A stretch of 64,000 bases of DNA from Eledone cirrhosa. Lineage: Eukaryota. Where the stretch lies: NCBI GenBank assembly GCA_964016885.1, contig OZ024742.1:53444001-53508000 (forward strand), written 5' to 3'. The notes beneath the pieces were generated by a model. That model was not told the DNA's origin. It saw nothing but the letters and a program-made list of their open reading frames with translations, and made no database searches. Below are positions 1 to 13,231 of the stretch, one piece after another. Numbering within the stretch: the stretch's first letter is position 1; every line of letters begins with the position of its first letter. The position numbers and the translations under genes were made by a program.

Positions 1-89
1 AATCGAACTAACCAATCTGTTCCGCTGAACTCTCGACCTGGGAAATATGGACAATTGCCAGAAATCTCTGGCTTGACAGTGCTACGGGG

Positions 90-364
90 TCACTGCCAGT
101 TCGAGAGAAACTCTACAGACATGGAAGTGGTGTCAGATGAACCTGTCCGAGATACGCACACGGCGATGAAACCTTTTTTTACGCATTCATCCAGTGTCCG
201 AGCATTGTTGACGTGGATTTTTGTAGAACAGCTATCATCGCGTGTTGGACAGATTTGCCTATTGACGGCCTTCATTGTGAAGATCGCTCCGCCACCTTCT
301 TTTGGTCGGGAAGAACTGGCAGTTATCCTCTGCTGTAACGATAGAAGTTGTGTGGTGGACTCGG
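90..364 (-). CDS. Candidate terminal exon of an unidentified gene (ESTTQLLSLQQRITASSSRPKEGGGAIFTMKAVNRQ...SVEFLSNWQ*)
   Basis: Strong minus-strand acceptor TCTGTTTTCAGTTTTTTCAG|C at 365-383, then an open frame to TGA at 92-90 in non-repetitive sequence with higher GC. The + frame 1-489 is also open, so the strand is not certain. No family recognised. Confidence 0.35.
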
Positions 365-419
365 CTGAAAAAACTGAAAACAGATGCTTTCCTCTTCGGC
401 CAAGCCCTCATCAACTTGG

Positions 420-605
420 CACTGTTGGTAGAGCATCGGACATGTATGGCGCATATAGTTATAGCCATTTACGTTCTGATGTCAAATAACATCAAGGCGA
501 GTACCGGATCCATAAAATAAAGTACCAGTAACGCACCGGGGTAGATTTATTCGACTTTCCCCTCTTCCCCAAATTGTTGGACTTGTGCCTGAATTAGAAA
601 CTCTT
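420..605 (+). mobile_element. Degenerate tRNA-derived SINE (family A)
   Basis: GGTAGAGCATCGGAC...TTTACGTTCTGA...TAAAATAAAGTACCAGT...CCCCAAATTGTTGGACTTGTGCC matches the other copies. Confidence 0.7.
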
Positions 606-794
606 ATTTATTTTTTTCATTGCTTATTTATTTACTTATTTATTCTAAATTGCATCTGGAAGTTCCTACGCAAAGAATGTGCCAATTCTGTATATTTAAA
701 TCAACATTACGAGAGATGAGGTGTTTATTACTTTTAGTATCATTCGTCAAAGATGTGCTGTACCCCTAATTAAAGTATGTGAAGTAGAGTGTTG

Positions 795-1135
795 GCATGT
801 GTCTTAGTGGTTAGGGATGTTTGGCTCACGATTCTGTGATCATGAGTTCTATTCCTGACGGTACTTTGAGCACGATAATTTATTTTACCACGCTGCAGAA
901 AACTCTGCTGGGAAAATTAGCTGTACCTGTTATATGCTGGGATAGCCTTGTCGCATACTGTTGTCAGTCTGTCACTATAATGTCAAGATGTCAATTGTAT
1001 CTCCTGTAATTCAATTGACAGGCCTTGTCACACACTGCATCAAGCTGATTCACCCTGGGAACTATGTTATGCGTAAATGTGTCTGTGGGATGCTCAGCCA
1101 ATTGCATACTAATATCATGAGCAGGTGGATAGTCT
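795..1135 (+). mobile_element. Second tRNA-derived SINE family (family B), degenerate
   Basis: TAGTGGTTAGGG...CTCACGATT...GAGTTC head, and a CCTTGTCACACACTG...GATTCACCCTG body shared with 32600-32960, 42680-43200, 52200-52510 and 62530-62780. Confidence 0.6.
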
Positions 1136-1249
1136 GGAGCACGCATCGTAGGAACCGACGGAGGTCCAGTATACACATACACACACATACATCTTGTTCT
1201 CCCATTTCGGACATATACCCATGCTACAAAGTTGTATACTAATCTACAA

Positions 1250-1410
1250 GGCGGCGAATTAGCAGAGTCGTTAAAACGCCGGATAAAATGATTTGCAGTA
1301 TTCGTTCCAACTCTCTGCTCACTGAGTTCAAATCCCATATGGTCAACTTTGTCTTTCATCCTTTCGGGGTCGATAAAAAAAAGTACCAGTCTAGTACTGA
1401 GGTCGATTCT
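1250..1410 (+). mobile_element. SINE family A
   Basis: GAGTTCAAATCCC...AACTTTGTCTTTCATCCTTTCGGGGTCGATAAAA...GTACCAGT core. Confidence 0.8.
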
Positions 1411-1786
1411 GCTTCTATATCTCTTTCTCACTTCCCATCTCTCACTTTCTATCTTTCTCTGGAAGAAATCTGCTGTTTTCAGGTCTGGAGAGGGATGGGC
1501 TCCACCAGACTTAAAATACTCTAGAAAAGCTGTATGCTAATACAGCGACTCCACCAGGAATTACGGGACATCTCTCTCTCTTCTCTTATACCAATCTACA
1601 TCTTGGCAACAACACACCTTTACTTAAACATTTCAACGCAGACTATTTATTTATTTCCACTACCACACCCCGCTTTGACCCTGCCCCCTTAACAGCAGCA
1701 TGTCATACACACTCACTGCTATTATTTCCCCCCATCCTCAGTGTTTATGTATACATACATATGTGTGTGTGTGTGTGTGTGTGTCT

Positions 1787-1835
<49 letters not shown>

Positions 1836-1855
1836 TTTTATTAAGGCTGAAAAGT

Positions 1856-1912
1856 GAGTCTTGTTACTCTGGAGTTTCGGCTGTTTATCACAGGGTCATC
1901 AGAAAAGAACTC
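1856..1912 (-). ncRNA. Minimal type I hammerhead ribozyme motif in a PLE-derived remnant
   Basis: Minus strand reads GAGTTCTTTT-CTGATGA-CCCTGT GATAA ACAGCC-GAAAC TC CA GA GTA-ACAAGACTC. Both core boxes are present, with stem II CTGT/ACAG, a short stem III, a GUA triplet and an imperfect stem I. Confidence 0.6.
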
Positions 1913-1943
1913 TGTGTATGAGCATATATATATATATATATAA

Positions 1944-1975
<32 letters not shown>

Positions 1976-2035
1976 GGTAAACAGATATAACAAAACGGCG
2001 CAGTACAGGGAAGTAATATATGTGTGTATTTGAGG

Positions 2036-2078
<43 letters not shown>

Positions 2079-2589
2079 CACACATTTCAGCACACATTTC
2101 TGTTATCTCCCTTGCCTTCTCCCCCATATTCTCAGAATGTGAAGGCATCAGTTCACCAGAATCTTTTGGCAGGTTTGTAATTGAGATTAGATACACCTAA
2201 ATATACACGTTGGCAAACGAACACAGGTACACATTCGTGCACACACATAGACATATACTGACAAACGTACATACATATATACGCAAACGCAATGACATGC
2301 ACAAACACACATATATATATATGTGTGTATGCATATATATATCATCACTCTCAATACCATCCCACTTAACCAAGTTTTTAAGTATAACATTTAGTGATTT
2401 ATTTTATTTTATTTCCCCACCCGAATACTTCTAACACCTATGCCATAGTAAAGCACCCTAACCAGTCATACCGCCCCTCTCATATTATGTTCACATATTT
2501 CTCCCTGTCTCTCTGCCGATGATTCATTCAGTAATGTCTATTTAAAGCACAGGTGTCGAACTATATTCCACCAACGAAATAGGGCACAC

Positions 2590-2980
2590 ATGAACCACAG
2601 CCCTCCTTAATCACAGCACACCTTAGTCAAGGCACGCCTGAATCAGAGCACACCTCAGTCACGGCACACTCGAACCACGGCACCCCCGAACCACGGCACC
2701 CCTGAACCACGACACACATGAACCATAGTCCACCTAAATCACAGCATACCTCAGTCATGGCACTCCTCAGTCACGGCAACCCTGAACCACAGTGCTTCTC
2801 AGTCATGGCCCATCTGAATCACGGTACACCTGAACCACGCCCCTCCCCCAAGAACCACGGCACACCTTAACCACGCCACACCTCAGTCATGGCACAAATG
2901 AACCACTGTACTCCTCAGTAGTCACTGCATCCCTCAGTCACGGCACACAACAGTTATAGCACACCTGCACCACGGCAAAA
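2590..2980. repeat. Degenerate ~17-20-bp minisatellite (CACCTGAACCACGGCA / CACCTCAGTCACGGCA)
   Basis: About 20 diverged tandem units; one more unit resumes at ~3465, after the MITE. Confidence 0.8.
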
Positions 2981-3014
2981 TTCAGTTATAGCACCCCTAA
3001 AACTAGACATACGT

Positions 3015-3464
3015 CAGTAGCGTAGCTAGAGGGGAGCTGCCCACCCCGGGTGGCACTATTGGGTCTGCTGTAGGATATAAGCGTTCTTTTAATGCTGCAA
3101 CATAATATTATTATTCTACACAGAGGGTGGTGGATTGGCAGTATAGGTAGAGAGTCGGACACCATGCTTTGAAGCATAGACTTACGTCCCTTTAAGATCT
3201 TAGTTCAAATCCCGCCGAGGTTAACTTTGCCTTTCATCCTTACGGGGTCGATAAAATAAACTACCAGTAATATACTGGTTATTTGCTGGCCTTGTGACCA
3301 AAATAGAAACAATTATTATTCTACACAGAGTAGTATATATATATATATAACTTTAAGAATTATACATATGTATATATTAAAAGCAATATGTATTTTTTGT
3401 TGGGGCCCGGGGTTGACAAACTGAAGGGTTGCCGCAGGCGGCACACACTCTAGCTACGTCACTG
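3015..3464. mobile_element. hAT-like MITE with a nested SINE A (3125-3320)
   Basis: TIRs CAGTAGCGTAGCTAGAG / CTCTAGCTACGTCACTG. No clear TSD, so the superfamily is inferred from TIR style only. Confidence 0.6.
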
Positions 3465-3671
3465 GTCACAGCACACCTCAGTGTGTCTAAATATTTTCTG
3501 TGCTTTTATGTTTGTATGCGTGTATAAAGTGTGTAAATGTATGTGTGTATGCATGTGTGTATGTGTATGTGTGTTTATGTTTGTATGCGTGTGTAAAGTG
3601 TGTATATGTATGTTTGTATATGCATGTGTATATGTATGAGTGTTTATGTTTGTATGCGTGTGTAATGTGTG

Positions 3672-3703
<32 letters not shown>

Positions 3704-3866
3704 TGTATGTGTGTGAATATGTATGTGTATATTCATGTGTGTCTATGTATGTGTATATATGTATGTGCATGTAAGTGTATGTGCGTATATGTATGCGTAT
3801 ATCTCATTCTATTTTCCTTAACGTTTATCATCGGGCCAGATAACATTTCCATTAAATCATTTAACC

Positions 3867-3999
3867 GGAGGAGGAGGAGGAGGAGGAGGAGGAGGAGGAG
3901 GAGGAGGAAGGGAAATAAATTGTGTTACCATCACATATTTTAGATATCTTGTCTACATATGTACAACAGGCGGGATTTCGTCATCGTAATCATCATCCC

Positions 4000-4044
<45 letters not shown>

Positions 4045-4127
4045 TAACATCATCAATTATCGTCGCATTCTTCTTCTTCTTCTTCTTCTTCTTCTTCTTC
4101 TTCTTCTTCTTCTTCTTCTTCTTCTTC
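3867..4127. repeat. (GGA)n, (ATC)n and (TTC)n microsatellites
   Basis: Direct reading. Confidence 0.95.
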
Positions 4128-4459
4128 TCCCCCCCTCACTCTATCACCTCCTCCTCCTTCTTCTAAGCAAAGTGGACTGAAGTAACGCCAATAAAGTGTC
4201 ATGTTGAAGGACAGAACGCGCCACCAGGAATCGAACACACTATCTTACGGTCATGAGCCTCATCACAATGTGTCTGCTATCGCCATAGTAAGGTATTTTT
4301 CTTGTCATCGCTTCATAATAAATATTTTATACTCCTAATTATAATACAGTATATAGTTTTGCGATTAATTTGTGTTATATTTTCTCCAGCCTGCGACCAG
4401 ATCTCTTTTACGTCAGTTGCTTTTTTTATAATGTGTAGCCTCCATGTAAGGGAAGCCAT

Positions 4460-7400
4460 TGCCTCCATGGTATCGGAATAAGTAACGTCCATGGTATAGG
4501 AATAAGTAACCACCATGGTATGGAAAACAGTGTCCCTCCATGGTATAGGAAACAGTAGCCTCTATGGTATAGGAATAAGTAACCACCATGGTATAGGAAA
4601 CAGTAGCCTCTATGGTATAGGAATAAGTAACCACCATGGTATGGAAAACAGTGTCCCTCCATGGTATAGGAAACAGTAGCCTCTATGGTATGGGAAACAG
4701 TAGCCTCTATGGTATGGGAAACAGTAGCCTCTATGGTATGGGAAACAGTATCCTCTATGGTATGGGAAACAGTAGCCTCTATGGTATGGGAAACAGTAGC
4801 CTCTATGGTATGGGAAACAGTAGCCTCTATGGTATAGGAATAAGTAACCACCATGGTATGGAAAACAATGTCCCTCCATGGTATAGGAAACAGTAGCCTC
4901 TATGGTATGGGAAACAGTAGCCTCTATGGTATAGGAAACAGTAGCCTCTATGGTATGGGAAACAGTAGCCTCTATGGTATGGGAAACAGTAGCCTCTATG
5001 GTATGGGAAACAGTAGCGTCTATGGTATGGGAAACAGTAGCCTCTATGGTATGGGAAACAGTAGCCTCTATGGTATAGGAAACAGTAGCCTCTATGGTAT
5101 GGGAAACAGTAGCCTCTATGGTATAGGAAACAGTAGCCTCTATGGTATGGGAAACAGTAGCCTCTATGGTATAGGAAACAGTAGCCTCTATGGTATGGGA
5201 AACAGTAGCCTCTATGGTATGGGAAACAGTAGCCTCTATGGTATAGGAAACAGTAGCCTCTATGGTATAGGGAACAGTAGCCTCTATGGTATGGGAAACA
5301 GTAGCCTCTATGGTATAGGAAACAGTAGCCTCTATGGTATGGGAAACAGTAGCCTCTATGGTATGGGAAACAGTAGCCTCTATGGTATAGGAAACAGTAG
5401 CCTCTATGGTATGGGAAACAGTAGCCTCTATGGTATAGGAAACAGTAGCCTCTATGGTATGGGAAACAGTAGCCTCTATGGTATAGGGAACAGTAGCCTC
5501 TATGGTATGGGAAACAGTAGCCTCTATGGTATGGGAAACAGTAGCCTCTATGGTATGGGAAACAATAACTTCTATGGTATGGGAAACAGTAGCCTCTATG
5601 GTATGGGAAACAGTAGCCTCTATGGTATAGGAAACAGTAGCCTCTATGGTATGGGAAACAGTAGCCTCTATGGTATAGGAAACAGTAGCCTCTATGGTAT
5701 GGGAAACAGTAGCCTCTATGGTATAGGAAACAGTAGCCTCTATGGTATGGGAAACAGTAGCCTCTATGGTATAGGAAACAGTAGCCTCTATGGTATGGGA
5801 AACAGTAGCCTCTATGGTATGGGAAACAGTAGCCTCTATGGTATGGGAAACAGTAGCCTCTATGGTATGGGAAACAGTAGCCTCCATGGTATGGGAAACA
5901 GTAGCCTCTATGGTATGGGAAACAGTAGCCTCTATGGTGTGGGAAACAGTAGCCTCTATGGTATGGGAAACAGTAGCCTCTATGGTATGGAAAACAGTAG
6001 CCTCTATGGTATAGGAAACAGTAGCCTCTATGGTATGGGAAACAGTAGCCTCTATGGTATGGGAAACAGTAGCCTCTATGGTATGGGAAACAGTAGCCTC
6101 TATGGTATAGGAAACAGTAGCCTCTATGGTATGGGAAACAGTAGCCTCTATGGTATGGGAAACAGTAGCCTGTATGGTATGGGAAACAGTAGCCTCTATG
6201 GTATGGGAAACAGTAGCCTCTATGGTATAGGAAACAGTAGCCTCTATGGTATGGGAAACAGTAGCCTCCATGGTATGGGAAACAGTAGCCTCTATGGTAT
6301 AGGAAACAGTAGCCTCTATGGTATGGAAAACAGTGTCCCTCCATGGTATAGGAAACAGTAGCCTCTATGGTATAGGAAACAGTAGCCTCTATGGTATGGG
6401 AAACAGTAGCCTCTATGGTATGGAAAACAGTGTCCCTCCATGGTATAGGAAACAGTAGCCTCTATGGTATGGGAAACAGTAGCCTCTATGATATAGGAAA
6501 CAGTAGCCTCTATGGTATAGGAAACAGTAGCCTCTATGGTATAGGAAACAGTAGCCTCTATGGTATGGGAAACAGTAGCCTCTATGGTATAGGAAACAGT
6601 AGCCTCTATGGTATAGGAAACAGTAGCCTCTATGGTATGGGAAACAGTAGTCTCTATGGTATGGGAAACAGTAGCCTCTATGGTATAGGAAACAGTAGCC
6701 TCTATGGTATGGGAAACAGTAGCCTCTATGGTATGGGAAACAGTAGCCTCTATGGTATAGGAAACAGTAGCCTCTATGGTATGGGAAACAGTAGCCTCTA
6801 TGGTATAGGAAACAGTAGCCTCTATGGTATAGGAATAAGTAACCACCATGGTATGGAAAACAGTGTCCCTCCATGGTATAGGAAACAGTAGCCTCTATGG
6901 TATGGGAAACAGTAGCCTCTATGGTATGGGAAACAGTAGCCTCTATGGTATGGGAAACAGTATCCTCTATGGTATGGGAAACAGTAGCCTCTATGGTATG
7001 GGAAACAGTAGCCTCTATGGTATGGGAAACAGTAGCCTCTATGGTATAGGAATAAGTAACCACCATGGTATGGAAAACAATGTCCCTCCATGGTATAGGA
7101 AACAGTAGCCTCTATGGTATGGGAAACAGTAGCCTCTATGGTATAGGAAACAGTAGCCTCTATGGTATGGGAAACAGTAGCCTCTATGGTATGGGAAACA
7201 GTAGCCTCTATGGTATGGGAAACAGTAGCGTCTATGGTATGGGAAACAGTAGCCTCTATGGTATGGGAAACAGTAGCCTCTATGGTATAGGAAACAGTAG
7301 CCTCTATGGTATGGGAAACAGTAGCCTCTATGGTATAGGAAACAGTAGCCTCTATGGTATGGGAAACAGTAGCCTCTATGGTATAGGAAACAGTAGCCTC

Positions 7401-10400
7401 TATGGTATGGGAAACAGTAGCCTCTATGGTATGGGAAACAGTAGCCTCTATGGTATAGGAAACAGTAGCCTCTATGGTATAGGGAACAGTAGCCTCTATG
7501 GTATGGGAAACAGTAGCCTGTATGGTATAGGAAACAGTAGCCTCTATGGTATGGGAAACAGTAGCCTCTATGGTATGGGAAACAGTAGCCTCTATGGTAT
7601 AGGAAACAGTAGCCTCTATGGTATGGGAAACAGTAGCCTCTATGGTATAGGAAACAGTAGCCTCTATGGTATGGGAAACAGTAGCCTCTATGGTATAGGG
7701 AACAGTAGCCTCTATGGTATGGGAAACAGTAGCCTCTATGGTATGGGAAACAGTAGCCTCTATGGTATGGGAAACAATAACTTCTATGGTATGGGAAACA
7801 GTAGCCTCTATGGTATGGGAAACAGTAGCCTCTATGGTATAGGAAACAGTAGCCTCTATGGTATGGGAAACAGTAGCCTCTATGGTATAGGAAACAGTAG
7901 CCTCTATGGTATGGGAAACAGTAGCCTCTATGGTATAGGAAACAGTAGCCTCTATGGTATGGGAAACAGTAGCCTCTATGGTATAGGAAACAGTAGCCTC
8001 TATGGTATGGGAAACAGTAGCCTCTATGGTATGGGAAACAGTAGCCTCTATGGTATGGGAAACAGTAGCCTCTATGGTATGGGAAACAGTAGCCTCCATG
8101 GTATGGGAAACAGTAGCCTCTATGGTATGGGAAACAGTAGCCTCTATGGTGTGGGAAACAGTAGCCTCTATGGTATGGGAAACAGTAGCCTCTATGGTAT
8201 GGAAAACAGTAGCCTCTATGGTATAGGAAACAGTAGCCTCTATGGTATGGGAAACAGTAGCCTCTATGGTATGGGAAACAGTAGCCTCTATGGTATGGGA
8301 AACAGTAGCCTCTATGGTATAGGAAACAGTAGCCTCTATGGTATGGGAAACAGTAGCCTCTATGGTATGGGAAACAGTAGCCTGTATGGTATGGGAAACA
8401 GTAGCCTCTATGGTATGGGAAACAGTAGCCTCTATGGTATAGGAAACAGTAGCCTCTATGGTATGGGAAACAGTAGCCTCCATGGTATGGGAAACAGTAG
8501 CCTCTATGGTATAGGAAACAGTAGCCTCTATGGTATGGAAAACAGTGTCCCTCCATGGTATAGGAAACAGTAGCCTCTATGGTATAGGAAACAGTAGCCT
8601 CTATGGTATGGGAAACAGTAGCCTCTATGGTATGGGAAACAGTAGCCTCTATGGTATGGGAAACAGTAGCCTCTATGGTATGGGAAACAGTAGCCTCTAT
8701 GGTATGGGAAACAGTAGCCTCTATGGTATGGGAAACAGTAGCCTGTATGGTATGGGAAACAGTAGCCTCTATGGTATGGGAAACAGTAGCCTCTATGGTA
8801 TAGGAAACAGTAGCCTCTATGGTATGGGAAACAGTAGCCTCTATGGTATGGGAAACAGTAGCCTCTATGGTATGGGAAACAGTAGCCTCTATGGTATGGG
8901 AAACAGTAGCCTCTATGGTATGGGAAACAGTAGCCTGTATGGTATGGGAAACAGTAGCCTCTATGGTATGGGAAACAGTAGCCTCTATGGTATAGGAAAC
9001 AGTAGCCTCTATGGTATGGGAAACAGTAGCCTCCATGGTATGGGAAACAGTAGCCTCTATGGTATAGGAAACAGTAGCCTCTATGGTATGGAAAACAGTG
9101 TCCCTCCATGGTATAGGAAACAGTAGCCTCTATGGTATAGGAAACAGTAGCCTCTATGGTATGGGAAACAGTAGCCTCTATGGTATGGAAAACAGTGTCC
9201 CTCCATGGTATAGGAAACAGTAGCCTCTATGGTATGGGAAACAGTAGCCTCTATGATATAGGAAACAGTAGCCTCTATGGTATAGGAAACAGTAGCCTCT
9301 ATGGTATAGGAAACAGTAGCCTCTATGGTATGGGAAACAGTAGCCTCTATGGTATAGGAAACAGTAGCCTCTATGGTATAGGAAACAGTAGCCTCTATGG
9401 TATGGGAAACAGTAGTCTCTATGGTATGGGAAACAGTAGCCTCTATGGTATAGGAAACAGTAGCCTCTATGGTATAGGAAACAGTAGCCTCTATGGTATA
9501 GGAAACAGTAGCCTCTATGGTATGGGAAACAGTAGCCTCTATGGTATAGGAAACAGTAGCCTCTATGGTATAGGAAACAGTAGCCTCTATGGTATGGGAA
9601 ACAGTAGCCTCTATGGTATGGGAAACAGTAGTCTCTATGGTATGGGAAACAGTAGCCTCTATGGTATGGGAAACAGTAGCCTCTATGGTATGGGAAACAG
9701 TAGCCTCTATGGTATGGGAAACAGTAGCCTCCATGGTATAGGAAACAGTAGCCTCTATGGTATGGGAAACAGTAGCCTCTATGGTATGGGAAACAGTAGC
9801 CTCTATGGTATGGGAAACAGTAGCCTCTATGATATAGGAAACAGTAGCCTCTATGGTATAGGAAACAGTAGCCTCTATGGTATAGGAAACAGTAGCCTCT
9901 ATGGTATGGGAAACAGTAGCCTCTATGGTATAGGAAACAGTAGCCTCTATGGTATAGGAAACAGTAGCCTCTATGGTATGGGAAACAGTAGCCTCTATCG
10001 TATGGGAAACAGTAGCCTCTATGGTATGGGAAACAGTAGCCTCTATGGTATGGGAAACAGTAGCCTCTATGGTATGGGAAACAGTAGCCTCTATGGTATA
10101 GGAAACAGTAGCCTCTATGGTATAGGAAACAGTAGCCTCTATGGTATGGAAAACAGTGTCCCTCCATGGTATAGGAAACAGTAGCCTCTATGGTATGGGA
10201 AACAGTAGCCTCTATGGTATAGGAAACAGTAGCCTCTATGGTATGGGAAACAGTAGCCTCTATGGTATGGGAAACAGTAGCCTCTATGGTATGGGAAACA
10301 GTAGCCTCTATGGTATGGGAAACAGTAGCCTCTATGGTATGGAAAACAGTAGCCTCCATGGTATAGGAAACAGTAGCCTCTATGGTATGGGAAACAGTAG

Positions 10401-12267
10401 CCTCTATGGTATGGGAAACAGTAGCCTCTATGGTATGGGAAACAGTAGCCTCTATGGTATAGGAAACAGTAGCCTCTATGGTATGGGAAACAGTAGCCTC
10501 CATGGTATAGGAAACAGTAGCCTCTATGGTATAGGAAACAGTAGCCTCTATGGTATGGGAAACAGTAGCCTCTATGGTATAGGAAACAGTAGCCTCCATG
10601 GTATAGGAAACAGTAGCCTCTATGGTATAGGAAACAGTAGCCTCTATGGTATAGGAAACAGTAGCCTCTATGGTATGGGAAACAGTAGCCTCTATGGTAT
10701 AGGAAACAGTAGCCTCTATGGTATAGGAAACAGTAGCCTCTATGGTATGGGAAACAGTAGCCTCCATGGTATAGGAAACAGTAGCCTCTATGGTATGGGA
10801 AACAGTAGCCTCTATGGTATAGGAAACAGTAGCCTCTATGGTATGGGAAACAGTAGCCTCTGTGGTATGGGAAACAGTAGCCTCTATGGTATGGGAAACA
10901 GTAGCCTCTATGGTATGGGAAACAGTAGCCTCTATGGTATAGGAAACAGTAGCCTCTATGGTATGGGAAACAGTAGCCTCTGTGGTATGGGAAACAGTAG
11001 CCTCTATGGTATGGGAAACAGTAGCCTCTATGGTATGGGAAACAGTAGCCTCTATGGTATGGGAAACAGTAGCCTCTATGGTATGGGAAACAGTAGCCTC
11101 TATGGTATGGGAAACAGTAGCCTCTATGGTATGGGAAACAGTAGCCTCCATGGTATAGGAAACAGTAGCCTCTATGGTATGGGAAACAGTAGCCTCTATG
11201 GTATGGTAAACAGTAGCCTCTATGGTATGGGAAACAGTAGCCTCTATGGTATAGGAAACAGTAGCCTCTATGGTATGGGAAACAGTAGCCTCCATGGTAT
11301 AGGAAACAGTAGCCTCTATGGTATAGGAAACAGTAGCCTCTATGGTATGGGAAACAGTAGCCTCTATGGTATAGGAAACAGTAGCCTCCATGGTATAGGA
11401 AACAGTAGCCTCTATGGTATAGGAAACAGTAGCCTCTATGGTATAGGAAATAGTAGCCTCTATGGTATGGGAAACAGTAGCCTCTATGGTATAGGAAACA
11501 GTAGCCTCTATGGTATAGGAAACTGTAGCCTCTATGGTATAGGAAACAGTAGCCTCTATGGTATGGGAAACAGTAGCCTCTATGGTATGGGAAACAGTAG
11601 CCACTATGGTATGGGAAACAGTAGCCTCTATGGTATGGGAAACATTAGCCTCTATGGTATAGGAAACAGTAGCCTCTATGGTATGGGAAACAGTAGCCTC
11701 TATGGTATAGGAAACAGTAGCCTCTATGGTATAGGAAACAGTAGCCTCTATGGTATGGGAAACAGTAGCCTCTATGGTATGGGAAACAGTAGCCTCTATG
11801 GTATGGGAAACAGTAGCCTCTATGGTATGGGAAACAGTAGCCTCTATGGTATAGGAAACAGTAGCCTCTATGGTATGGGAAACAGTAGCCTCTATGGTAT
11901 AGGAAACAGTAGCCTCTATGGTATGGGAAACAGTAGCCTCTATGGTATAGGAAACAGTAGCCTCTATGGTATAGGAAACTGTAGCCTCTATGGTATGGGA
12001 AATAGTAGCCTCTATGGTATAGGAAACAGTAGCCTCTATGGTATGGGAAACAGTAGCCTCTATGGTATAGGAAACAGTAGCCTCTATGGTATGGGAAACA
12101 GTAGCCTCTATGGTATGGGAAACAGTAGCCTCTATGGTATGGGAAACAGTAGCCTCTATGGTATAGGAAACAGTAGCCTCTATGGTATGGGAAACAGTAG
12201 CCTCTATGGTATGGGAAACAGTAGCCTCTATGGTATGGGAAACAATAACTTCTAAGGTATCGGAAAC
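4460..12267. repeat. 24-bp minisatellite array (GGAAACAGTAGCCTCTATGGTATR), roughly 320 units, with higher-order duplications
   Basis: Direct reading. Rare variant units recur with a 2212-bp offset (ORF-track pairs 4853/7065, 4636/6848, 6271/8483). Confidence 0.98.
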
Positions 12268-13231
12268 TTTTTTTCTTGTGTTCTTGTTTTGTATATTTCG
12301 GAATTTGTTCTGGCTCCCTGTGCTCTAAGTTCAAATCCCACCGAAGTCAACTTTTCTTTTTATCATTTCGAGGTGGAGAAAGACTGTACCAGTCAAGTAC
12401 TGGGTTGTTTTTTTTTCTCTATATCTCTTTCTCTCTCGTGCGCACCTCCTCTCTTTTTTCCAAACAAAATCGGCTGTGTTCCGACGTGGAGAGTGCTGGT
12501 CTATCCCAGGTTTAAAATGTCCTAAATATAATAACTCTGTCTTTAGGACACCAACAGGAGTTACGAGCCCATATCCATGGCATTTCCTTTGTTCTTGTTT
12601 TATAGTTATTCTGTTTAGTCTTTACAAAATATGTTTTTCCATTTCTACAGCAGTTATTTTATAATAGTGTCTAGCTCTGATGAGACGGTCGATTTAGTAG
12701 GACCATTAGAGCATAGCATATTGTTTCACATTTTTGCGTTCTGAGTTCAAAACCCACCAAGTTCTACTTTGTCTTTCTGCATTCCATGGTCAATAAAAAG
12801 AAGTGCTGTTACAACCCTTTCTCTCCCTCTTTCCAGTTGTTACATTCTAAATGTTCCACTGGATCAAAGTAGGGAGGATCGAGAGGATGCCTGTGTCTGC
12901 TCACGACTGAAGGACAACTAAAACTTTTAGCGAAAACATGGTACAGACACCCAAGTCACACGATTGTGAGTGACTATTGTAGATTTCTAACTGCAATACA
13001 TTCTCACAGACATCTGTAGGGGAAATAAAATATTCTTTGTCATTTTTTTGCAGTTTATTCTATTCTAAATGCTGTAATTGTATTACTTGAAGATATGCTA
13101 ATTCACTTAATTTCCCTTAACATATTATAACTATAGGGTAGAAATAGACAATGACAACATTTAAACACGTTTTCATATATTTTTATCGTCAATTAAATGT
13201 TTCAGGTATTCATTACCATGTGTTATTAGGA

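Noticed and set aside
4390-4445. + strand mini-exon encoding a signal-peptide-like stretch ahead of the array
   Set aside because: Splice sites are plausible, but read-through hits a stop before the repeat frame and no partner exon was found.
4460-12267. CRISPR array or bona fide 500-800 aa proteins
   Set aside because: No unique spacers and no cas genes; the ORFs result from a stop-free 24-bp unit and are broken by 25-bp units.
12445-12615. Minus frame KCHGYGLVTPVGVLKTELLYLGHFKPGIDQHSPRRNTADFVWKKER as an exon
   Set aside because: Protein-like, but the acceptor and donor are weak and there is an in-frame stop just upstream.
12677-12710. CTGATGA as another hammerhead (also 50489)
   Set aside because: No downstream stem II-GAAAC arrangement.
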